Source: Cyclobacterium sp. (GTDB lineage: Bacteria > Bacteroidota > Bacteroidia > Cytophagales > Cyclobacteriaceae). From it: 64,000 nt of DNA. A program made the position numbers and the translations under genes. Below are positions 47,871 to 55,627 of this stretch, piece by piece. Each line of letters opens with the position of its first letter. Position 1 is the stretch's first letter. The DNA lies in contig NZ_JABURL010000049.1 of the NCBI RefSeq assembly GCF_014762705.1, positions 621 to 64,620 on the forward strand. The letters run 5' to 3'. The notes below the pieces were generated by a model. It did not search any database. It worked only from the letters and a program-made list of their open reading frames with translations, and had not been told where the DNA came from.

Positions 47871-48024
47871 AGCAAATCACGGCAATTTTATAGATTCATT
47901 CCTGATTTGAACGTTGACGCTCTATCGGATGATTTTCATACGATCAGTTCATAAGTTAAAACAAATCTCAGGGTACCGTTTAAATATTACCCTATTATGT
48001 AGTGATAGATCCAAATTCCACCCG

Positions 48025-48492
48025 CTAATTCCCAAGTTTATAAACAAAATTTCTAACATCCACCACCTTGAGCAAATCTTGGATACCCGGGAACCTGGGA
48101 TTGACCAACAGGTTGTGTTCTTCCGGGTAAAAAGAGATATGCAACCGGGCTGATGGAACCTTTAAAAATGGAAACCTATTTTCTATCAGCCACAGTTTGC
48201 CGAAATCTTGTGTTGCTTTGTTATGTGGCAGCATGTCCCAGTTCTGTGGAAGGCTTTCCTTTTCAAGCGTACCAATCAGTTCACTTTCAAGGATTTCATA
48301 AATAACCACATACCATGATCCAAAAGTGGTAGAAGTACCTTTGATACAAAGGTATTCCAAAGCCGCCAACGCCGCCGAACTACCGGTGTAAATCATAGGA
48401 TAAGCCTTGGGATTCCACCTTCCCCCTGACAAAGAACTGCTGAAAGGCTCCCGGTGGTATTTTTCCGACATCATGCGGTAATAGGTAAACAT
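48025..48492 (-). CDS. RES domain toxin (NAD+-degrading RES family)
   Basis: GGRWNPKAYPMIYTGSS.ALAALEYL carries the R and E of the RES signature. The 155-aa gene lies 2 nt downstream of an Xre/DUF2384 antitoxin gene. Confidence 0.8.
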   Translation of the reverse strand: MFTYYRMMSEKYHREPFSSSLSGGRWNPKAYPMIYTGSSAALAALEYLCIKGTSTTFGSWYVVIYEILESELIGTLEKESLPQNWDMLPHNKATQDFGKLWLIENRFPFLKVPSARLHISFYPEEHNLLVNPRFPGIQDLLKVVDVRNFVYKLGN

Positions 48493-48494
48493 GC

Positions 48495-49034
48495 CTACAT
48501 GACATTTCCAAAGTGAAGGGCATCTATGGCCTCATGTACCAGGTCTATCCCCGTCATGGATACCATTAGGACCACAGGTTTGGCTTGACCTAAAGCCATA
48601 TTTGGCGTATTCAGCCAGGATTTTAAGCTGGATTCCCGACCAAAAATATCCATCCCCTTTTTGATCACTTCGTCCATTTTGAAAAACTGGTAGGAACCTG
48701 GTATCCCGATTTTACTGTCAGCAGACCACCTGGAGACAGTGCTTTGGGAAACAGCTGCCGCTTTGGCCAAATCAACCATTTTAAGCTCCAAAAAATCAAT
48801 AATCGGGGCAATCTCAGCATAAGTCAGTTTATCTTCCAGCTTTTGACCCACCTCAGTCAAACTCTTTGCAAATTTAAAAGCCTTTAAGAAATAACCATAC
48901 CCGTCCTTGACCTCATAACTGACTTGCTGGTCTCCCTTTTTGACCACAAAGGTATCAGAAATGCCATAAGGCTTTTCATAATCTCTGATATGGTCTTCAG
49001 TCCTAAAGGTTTTATATGTCTTGCTTTTTTTCAT
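48495..49034 (-). CDS. Xre/MbcA/ParS-type antitoxin (HTH + DUF2384 toxin-binding domain)
   Basis: HTH region (LAKAAAVSQSTVSRW) and C-terminal WLNTPNMALGQAKPV....G.D.V...IDAL.FG, the DUF2384 signature. Confidence 0.8.
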   Translation of the reverse strand: MKKSKTYKTFRTEDHIRDYEKPYGISDTFVVKKGDQQVSYEVKDGYGYFLKAFKFAKSLTEVGQKLEDKLTYAEIAPIIDFLELKMVDLAKAAAVSQSTVSRWSADSKIGIPGSYQFFKMDEVIKKGMDIFGRESSLKSWLNTPNMALGQAKPVVLMVSMTGIDLVHEAIDALHFGNVM

Positions 49035-49421
49035 TTGACATTCTAATATATTTCATTTGAAAGAATAAAACAAATTATTTCATGGTTTTTACTTTTCCCA
49101 ATATTTGATAGCAGGTTTGGTTTGGGCTGCTTTAGGAAGAATAATTTGAACAGGGGCTCCCTGGCCTTCGATATTTCCTTCTAAATCCTGCTATTTTTTC
49201 GTACGGATAACTAAAAATAAATCGACCAAGTTGCCATGGGCTTTAGCCCATGGATTCAAAAATAATATTGACATGATTTTGGCGGTATTGTTGCCTTTTT
49301 TTGCAACAATGCTGACAAAATCACTACGGAAAGAACTCGAATCCCGGTTTACCTGCAATAGCACGTGTTTTTATTGGTTTGAAATCATTTATGAAGAAAC
49401 AAGGCCTGGGTATACTAAACC

Positions 49422-50657
49422 CTACTCCCAACCCTTAACCTCACTACTCCGCCGATTGCCCGACTCATCCACCCAGTAGATATACCAAAGTCTGGCATCT
49501 GAAGGAATAGTGACCGTACCTTTGGCTGTATCAAGTGGTACAAGTTTCCACTCCCTTTCCGGACTCTTTTTGTCCTCTGTGGTGTAAGCGAGGTAAACTT
49601 CTTTTGGAGCAGGAGTAGTCGAATACCTGGCCTGACTCCCCTTTTGTTTCAATTTAATTGAATTAATAAATTCGGTTTTATTTTCCAGTTGGGTACTGAT
49701 AAAACGGTAAATCTCCCCGGGTTCTGCTCCGTGTAAATGGCTATGTTTCAGTTCCGGTATCATGGAATACTGTGCATTTCTGGCCAGATTGGCTGTTTTT
49801 TGCCAATTTTCAACGAAATAGGCAAAATCATTGGTACCATTAACAAAAAGCATGGGTACGGTTGCATTGGCCACATAACTGGAAGGATCCCAAAGTTCGA
49901 CCCAGCGCTGGGTAGCATCAGCTCCCAAGGAATCAAACTGATTGTCCCAGGCACTACCTTCGTGAAGATAGCCAGCGCCATACACAGGCACGGCAGCGCT
50001 AAATCGGTGATCTACTCCTGCTACCAGATTGGTCAGGTATCCGCCCCAGCTGATGCCAGTGATGGCTGTCTTATGCGGGTTTACTTCTGGAAAGGAACGG
50101 ATCAGGGAATGCGCACGGATAATATTCGATACGGAATGGAATTGCCACTGCGCGTTAAAATCCTCATCCAATCGGAAAAACTTGTGCCCATCGTCCTGTT
50201 TAGGTCCTCCGGCCTCGAGTCGGGTACCTTTGGAACCCCAGGGGTTGTCCTGCTGATTGCTGGGTATATTTCCGCTCAGGTCCATGGCGATAGCGGCATA
50301 TCCCCTTTCGGCCCATTCCAATGCCCAGATTCGAAAAGCCGTTCCTCCCCCACCGTGAACCAGTACGATGCCGGGATACTCCCCGGTTCCCGGATTTTTT
50401 TCACCCAATGTGGCCGGGCTGGCATAATAAGCGAATACTTCCGTCACCTTCCCTTCATATGCTTCACCGGTATAGGTCAGCGACCAGACCGAGTCAGTCT
50501 GGTTTACCCACTTAAAGTCCGGGGCTACAGACAAAGTCTCTAGTCCCCAGGGAATGCGGCCCTCCAGGGCCGGAGGAGGCATAATTCCGGTTTGGGCAAT
50601 AATAACAAGTCCCCTCAAAAAAAACAACGTTAAGCCGGTTAAAAGAGTGTTTTTCAT
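49422..50657 (-). CDS. secreted alpha/beta hydrolase (acetylxylan esterase / dienelactone hydrolase-like), copy A
   Basis: Signal peptide, HGGGG oxyanion region and a GISWGG nucleophile elbow. It is a paralogue of 58631..59863. Confidence 0.75.
   Translation of the reverse strand: MKNTLLTGLTLFFLRGLVIIAQTGIMPPPALEGRIPWGLETLSVAPDFKWVNQTDSVWSLTYTGEAYEGKVTEVFAYYASPATLGEKNPGTGEYPGIVLVHGGGGTAFRIWALEWAERGYAAIAMDLSGNIPSNQQDNPWGSKGTRLEAGGPKQDDGHKFFRLDEDFNAQWQFHSVSNIIRAHSLIRSFPEVNPHKTAITGISWGGYLTNLVAGVDHRFSAAVPVYGAGYLHEGSAWDNQFDSLGADATQRWVELWDPSSYVANATVPMLFVNGTNDFAYFVENWQKTANLARNAQYSMIPELKHSHLHGAEPGEIYRFISTQLENKTEFINSIKLKQKGSQARYSTTPAPKEVYLAYTTEDKKSPEREWKLVPLDTAKGTVTIPSDARLWYIYWVDESGNRRSSEVKGWE
49673..50319. 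repeat. 647-bp block 100% identical to 58882..59528 (direct repeat, offset 9209)
   Basis: I compared the two copies line by line and found every base identical across the block. Flanking parts of the two paralogues are only roughly 80-85% identical by eye. Confidence 0.9.
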
Positions 50658-50878
50658 GCTGCTAATGATTTATTTTATATTTCTATTTTCAGATCACCTG
50701 CCAATTCCATCTACAAAACATTTACCCCTGTAATTTACAATCAACAAGGAAGTTATAAAATTACTCACAGGATAGCAGTAAGTTATATACCCTTATGGCG
50801 GGCAGCAAACTACTTTTAGTATTGATCCAAAGATTATCAATAACTCTAGGCAAAAAAATCTCTTTCCACCTAGGCACC

Positions 50879-51382
50879 TTAACATAATGCAAATACCAAC
50901 TTTTCAATATCTTCGTTATCAACCTTGTAAGATTTCAGACCTCTTTTCATAACATCAATAAATATTAATTTTTCAGATTTATCAGGCTCCAAAGTGTTAA
51001 AATCTTCAATTGCATGTTTCCAAGCTGATATCTCCGATGTTGGAGTCTCTAACTCAATTTTATCATTGTCTTTATCTGCTATATGTCCAAATTCATGTAA
51101 TAGAATTGTCATAAACTCAGTATCTTCAAAATCAACAACATTTACAAACAATGACAGCGGCTTCTTCGGTTCCGCATCTTTATCCCAAACTATTTTTCCA
51201 CCAAAACTTATCTTATTCTGAATAATTGCGTCTCTGCTGCTTACTGGGACTATGCTTAATTCAAGTGACAATAACCAGTCAATTTTCTCAATAAGAAGGT
51301 CTTCGTATCGAACTTTATTTTTTAATTTACTTTTAAATTCTCTTATTAGGTTGTTTTTTTTACGTTCGAAGGCTACAGTCAT
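50879..51382 (-). CDS. small putative zinc metallopeptidase (HExxH)
   Basis: 167-aa ORF with TILLHEFGHIADKD (HExxH). No signal peptide. AT-rich island context. Confidence 0.45.
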   Translation of the reverse strand: MTVAFERKKNNLIREFKSKLKNKVRYEDLLIEKIDWLLSLELSIVPVSSRDAIIQNKISFGGKIVWDKDAEPKKPLSLFVNVVDFEDTEFMTILLHEFGHIADKDNDKIELETPTSEISAWKHAIEDFNTLEPDKSEKLIFIDVMKRGLKSYKVDNEDIEKLVFALC

Positions 51383-51894
51383 ATTTTTTTTATTAACTTT
51401 TTCTTAAAAGGTTATCTCTTAACAATATCTTTTGTAATCTGTGCATTAAAATTGACTCCATACTAAGGATTCTAAAAGTTGAGTCTGAAAATAATAGATC
51501 CGGTTCATAGATGACTGTACTTGATAGCAGAAATCTTGATGATCTCTGACCATCCACAAACAATTCAAGTTCAATCCAAAGATCATCTCTCAATCCTATT
51601 CAAGATTAGATTTAGCCACAAAAGCATAGTTGGTTTTCTCAACATTAATGTGACGACATAGGATATCATATATTCTGACTTTCCTATACCATTAACCACC
51701 TTGAAATACCTCCTTTATAGTTTAGATAACTTTGAAAAAGAGGACAATTTTCAACTATTAATAAAGCCATTTTCTGATTTTATTCTTATCTGATCGTAAT
51801 CGTAACTCAGATATTTCTGGTAATCTTCAAAACCTCTTTGGTGTAGAGAAAAGACTCAAGTTTGAAATGTAGATCCGGGGCATTTAACAAATTA

Positions 51895-53793
51895 TCATCC
51901 ATAATTTTGTTTGTTTGGTTCTGCTACTCTAGTTAAGTCATCTTCAATTAATTCATCTGGTTTGCTTAATCCGTAATATCTTCTTAATAATCGTTCTGGA
52001 TCACTTGACTCCAGCAACAAATCTTTTTCCTCTTCTGAAAGCTCACAGATTCCGAAATTTTTAATATAGTTTTTGCTCATTGATATATACCCGGACGAGT
52101 AGTCTTTGGTTATACTCTTTATGTAACCAAAGAATATATCTGATTCCATTATTCTCTTTAAAACTCTTAGCTCTCTAAGTGAATCAGACACTACCGCTAT
52201 TCCACTATAAAATAGCAATTTTTTATCTTTTGAAATTGTGAAAGTAGGACGTTCACTTAGGTGAGGAAAGAATAATTTGTATGAGTTAATATCAAGGGAC
52301 TGTCTACGGCCATATGCATACCATTTTTCGTATTCTCTTTGTCCTTTATCACGTGTGCTTAAAATCTCCCTATTACCGCACAAGTATTGGTAAGTATGAG
52401 GATATAATTCCTGAAAAACCTGTTCTTCTAGAATCAATATCTCCCTTTCGCTTTGCGTATAGGGAAAGATTATTTTCTCATTGTTAACCAATATATCCTC
52501 TTCACTTCTTGCTTTATTGGGGTTAACAATGTCACGACATATATCCTTTTCTATTTTATAGACCGATCCATTTTTGGTCTTTAATAAAAAATATCTATCA
52601 TCTTCTCCGAAAGGAAAAAACTTATAAATGTCATTTTTCAATGTTGCAATTCCGTTTCTTGTGGTATAGACGTCTTTAAATGGACGACCAACAGCCTCGA
52701 TTTTATTAACGTATTCAAGCTGATCCTTTGAATCAACCAAATTCCATCCATCATGATCGTGAAGTGTATCGTATTCGTAAGAAATGAACATTGAATCCTT
52801 GATCGATTCTATGCTATCAGGTGTTGCCTTTTTATATTTGATTTTACCTGCACTATTCTTTAAAAAACAAATGCATGTATATGTGCTACGGTTTTTGAAA
52901 ATTTGCTCTCCTCCAAAGTTGATTATTTTCAAGTCAACCTTGTTCCTGGAAAAATATTCTCTCAGTGATCTGCCATTGACACTTTTTATGAAAGTGTTTA
53001 CAGTTATAAACCCCAGAATTCCATCGGCTTTTAAGCTTTCAAATCCCAACTGAAAAAATGGAATATATAAGTCCGGATGACCACTTTTAGTAACCTCCCA
53101 ATTATCAATTAAATCAAGTGATTCCTGATCCATATTGCGAGAACATACATATGGCGGATTACCTAGAACTATGTCAAATCCACTAAAATCGGATGGATAA
53201 TCGCTCCAATCGAAGCTTAAAGCATTTCCTTTAAATAGGTTAAAATCAAATGACTCTTCATCTTCTCCTTCCGAAATTGCAAGAAGGCTAAGTAAGATTT
53301 TAGATCTTTCAATTGAAAATTCTTCAATATCTAAACCAAATAACTGGTTTCTAAATATTTCACTGAAAGGTCTTCCAGTAACATTATTCAACAGCTTTGC
53401 GCAAGACAGTAAAAAGGCTGAGCAACCACATGCAGGATCACATATTTTTATGTTTTCACGCTCTTTTTTATTCGATCTGAGAGACTCATTAATAATGTAA
53501 TCCCTAATGTATTTTGGTGTGTAAATTGCTCCATTTACTATCTTCTCTTCAGGAGATATTACGAACTCAAACAGTTCAATCAGCTGCTCAAAGTTATCGA
53601 GTATTTGTAAAGTATTGAACTCTTTTAGTGCTTCAAAATCTGCATCCTTACGCTGAATAAGTAAATTTTTGATAAACTTATTTTTAACTATTTTAATATC
53701 TTTTTGATACAAAAAGGATGATACGATCAAGCGGTTGATCTTTAAAGGATCAAAGGAATATGTACTGAGATATGAAAATACTTCCTTTTTCAT
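51895..53793 (-). CDS. Eco57I/type IIG-like gamma-class N6-adenine DNA methyltransferase (no nuclease domain)
   Basis: Motif X GAIYTPKYI, motif I CDPACGCSAFLL and motif IV LGNPPYV, followed by about 300 aa of TRD-like region. The ATG at 53793 forms an ATGA overlap with the upstream gene's stop. Confidence 0.8.
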   Translation of the reverse strand: MKKEVFSYLSTYSFDPLKINRLIVSSFLYQKDIKIVKNKFIKNLLIQRKDADFEALKEFNTLQILDNFEQLIELFEFVISPEEKIVNGAIYTPKYIRDYIINESLRSNKKERENIKICDPACGCSAFLLSCAKLLNNVTGRPFSEIFRNQLFGLDIEEFSIERSKILLSLLAISEGEDEESFDFNLFKGNALSFDWSDYPSDFSGFDIVLGNPPYVCSRNMDQESLDLIDNWEVTKSGHPDLYIPFFQLGFESLKADGILGFITVNTFIKSVNGRSLREYFSRNKVDLKIINFGGEQIFKNRSTYTCICFLKNSAGKIKYKKATPDSIESIKDSMFISYEYDTLHDHDGWNLVDSKDQLEYVNKIEAVGRPFKDVYTTRNGIATLKNDIYKFFPFGEDDRYFLLKTKNGSVYKIEKDICRDIVNPNKARSEEDILVNNEKIIFPYTQSEREILILEEQVFQELYPHTYQYLCGNREILSTRDKGQREYEKWYAYGRRQSLDINSYKLFFPHLSERPTFTISKDKKLLFYSGIAVVSDSLRELRVLKRIMESDIFFGYIKSITKDYSSGYISMSKNYIKNFGICELSEEEKDLLLESSDPERLLRRYYGLSKPDELIEDDLTRVAEPNKQNYG

Positions 53794-54542
53794 ATTAACT
53801 GGGGAAATATATCTTTTGCACTCCAACTGTTTGCCACATTTGTCTCAAATCCAAAATGTCTAGAGAGGCTACAGTAATATGGTTTGAGTATGAGCTCTTG
53901 AGAATGTCTCAGGAGTTTTATAAATCTTTGCTCACTTCTCAATTTTTTATGAATTCCCGGGCAAAAGTTTGATGTAACAAAGTCAATCCCAAGTATTAAA
54001 TCCATAGGATAGTGCTTTAACCTTGGACTTCCCATGAATAATGAGCTGCCGAAATTCTCCCCTGGCACTGATTTTAACCTGTGACCGCCTACATGAATAT
54101 GATATGCAGGGTGGACTTCATCTGATTGACTATTTTCAGGCTGTCGATCTAGGTGAAAGCAAAGAATGTGTTTAACATCTCTTTTAGTAAGTCCTTCAAT
54201 TGTAAGATTGAACTCAAGCAGTTGAAAAGGATTAAAGTCTAATTTGTTTTCTCTAAATTCTGCCTTGACGTCTATATCCAATGTAACCTTAATGCTTTTT
54301 AGTTTTCCTTCTTTAGGGTATTGTATCCCACTAATTGGTTCTTGTCTAAATACAAGATTTTTGACTCTATAACCCCAACTCGTAGGGGTTGCTAGTGGCA
54401 GGTCATTCTCGTTTTTTAAACTTGTTACTGCAGTTGTTATAGGGCTGGAATCAATAGTTAGCTTAGCCAATATTTCAGAGAGCACTTTGTACTGATTAGC
54501 CAAATTGATTCTGAATTTTTTATTTGATTGATCAATAGTCAT
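53790..54542 (-). CDS. hypothetical protein (250 aa), member of the coupled operon
   Basis: Coding-like ORF with ATGA overlaps at both ends. I recognised no motif. There is a His-rich stretch HPAYHIHVGGH. Confidence 0.6.
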   Translation of the reverse strand: MTIDQSNKKFRINLANQYKVLSEILAKLTIDSSPITTAVTSLKNENDLPLATPTSWGYRVKNLVFRQEPISGIQYPKEGKLKSIKVTLDIDVKAEFRENKLDFNPFQLLEFNLTIEGLTKRDVKHILCFHLDRQPENSQSDEVHPAYHIHVGGHRLKSVPGENFGSSLFMGSPRLKHYPMDLILGIDFVTSNFCPGIHKKLRSEQRFIKLLRHSQELILKPYYCSLSRHFGFETNVANSWSAKDIFPQLI

Positions 54543-55627
54543 TTGCTCAAACTTTCTGAATCTTGCTTAAGTCGCTCTTCATCTAGAGGATGCACTTCGA
54601 TTCCTTCCTTTTGAGCTTTTCTTCCTACAAAGGAAATCAGTGAAGCATAGGAATATTCCTGCCAAGGTTTAGGCTCCTCTCTCATATTTATCCGATAGCC
54701 TTCAAAAGGGTCTAAAGGATTTTTTGAAACTTGACATATTGTCCAAAAATCTGTACTCGAATTCAATTCTTCAGGGCTAGCGCTGACTATATTATTTAGT
54801 CTTAGTGATTGTTTAATAGCATCTACCCTTTCTTTCGCATTTAACACTGCCAATGACTTACCCGTAATCTTTTCAAAAGTTTCCACGATTAAATCTGACC
54901 ACCATCTAGGCCAACATTCCGAAAACACTCCCCTATATTTTTGATCATTGAATGTTTCGAATACTTTTTTGGTATCAGCTGATTTGGCTATGTCGATACC
55001 AAGCCTAGCTGCCAAAATGTTTTCATCTACTAATAATCCAATTGGTTGAACTAGGTCTTTAAAGATTACTCTAGCTATTTCATGCGAAGGAGGAGTTGAT
55101 TTCTTACTCATGAATCTTGAAAATACTCGTTCATCAATTTCAGAGACCTTCCTTTTTAAAATTTCTTCAAAATCACCTTTTTTATCGACAATAAGAGAAT
55201 ACCCGTTGCACATGCAAATTATCTTTTCAATTGTCTCGTCGTTTATGTCCTTTTTAAGGAAAGTCCAATCAAACAGATTATGGCTCGTGAAATCTTTGTC
55301 ATAAGTCTCTTTGATTCTAGCTTCCGTGGAACAGAGAATAATTGGTATATCTTTAATCTTTCCCTCAGTTGCGTAGGTCCTAATTGTCTGGGCTATAGTC
55401 GGTGCTTGATATTTTACTTGCTTCCCGTCTTCTTGAGGGCCATTCAATTGAAGGTCTAAAAGTAACCCATCATAATGACTCAGGCTATCTAACAAATTAC
55501 CAACCTCTGATTCATAGAAATCAGGTTTGTCCCATTTGATTTCAAGTTTGCCAGTGGATTCTAACTTTCTCTTTATTGGCAGAACAAGATCATCTTTTTC
55601 ATCATCTAGGTAGAGTATCTTTTTCAT
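54539..55627 (-). CDS. receiver (REC) domain protein with an uncharacterised ~230-aa C-terminal domain
   Basis: The N-terminus has KILYLDDEKDD (acidic pocket), GLLLDLQL (candidate phospho-acceptor Asp) and IPIILCST (conserved Ser/Thr position). The C-terminal two thirds carry no motif I recognise. Confidence 0.6.
   Translation of the reverse strand: MKKILYLDDEKDDLVLPIKRKLESTGKLEIKWDKPDFYESEVGNLLDSLSHYDGLLLDLQLNGPQEDGKQVKYQAPTIAQTIRTYATEGKIKDIPIILCSTEARIKETYDKDFTSHNLFDWTFLKKDINDETIEKIICMCNGYSLIVDKKGDFEEILKRKVSEIDERVFSRFMSKKSTPPSHEIARVIFKDLVQPIGLLVDENILAARLGIDIAKSADTKKVFETFNDQKYRGVFSECWPRWWSDLIVETFEKITGKSLAVLNAKERVDAIKQSLRLNNIVSASPEELNSSTDFWTICQVSKNPLDPFEGYRINMREEPKPWQEYSYASLISFVGRKAQKEGIEVHPLDEERLKQDSESLSK

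Noticed and set aside
47658-48024. The idea that yoeB was truncated by insertion of the RES-Xre module or the hairpin element
   Set aside because: The remnant keeps the family's native C-terminal CRFHY and its stop codon in frame. An internal deletion explains this better than an insertion.
49234-49310. Two hairpins downstream of hydrolase copy A: CCATGGGCT/AGCCCATGG, and ATTGTTGC/GCAACAAT
   Set aside because: No U tract follows on the relevant minus strand. The second hairpin is not preserved in the paralogous flank at about 58490-58520. The support is too weak to call terminators.
49737-50543. 268-aa plus-strand ORF, and its 248-aa twin at 58946..59692, inside the hydrolase genes
   Set aside because: Both are antisense to well-supported alpha/beta-hydrolase genes. 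Their translations are low-complexity with no motifs. They are duplicated only because they sit in the identical repeat block. I treat them as frame artefacts.
51393-51593. 66-codon ORF with a TTG start, upstream of the HExxH gene
   Set aside because: It is not reported as a gene. It depends on a TTG start, and neighbouring frames hold similar short fragments. I treat it as possible debris of a decayed gene (see the finding covering 50879-51894).
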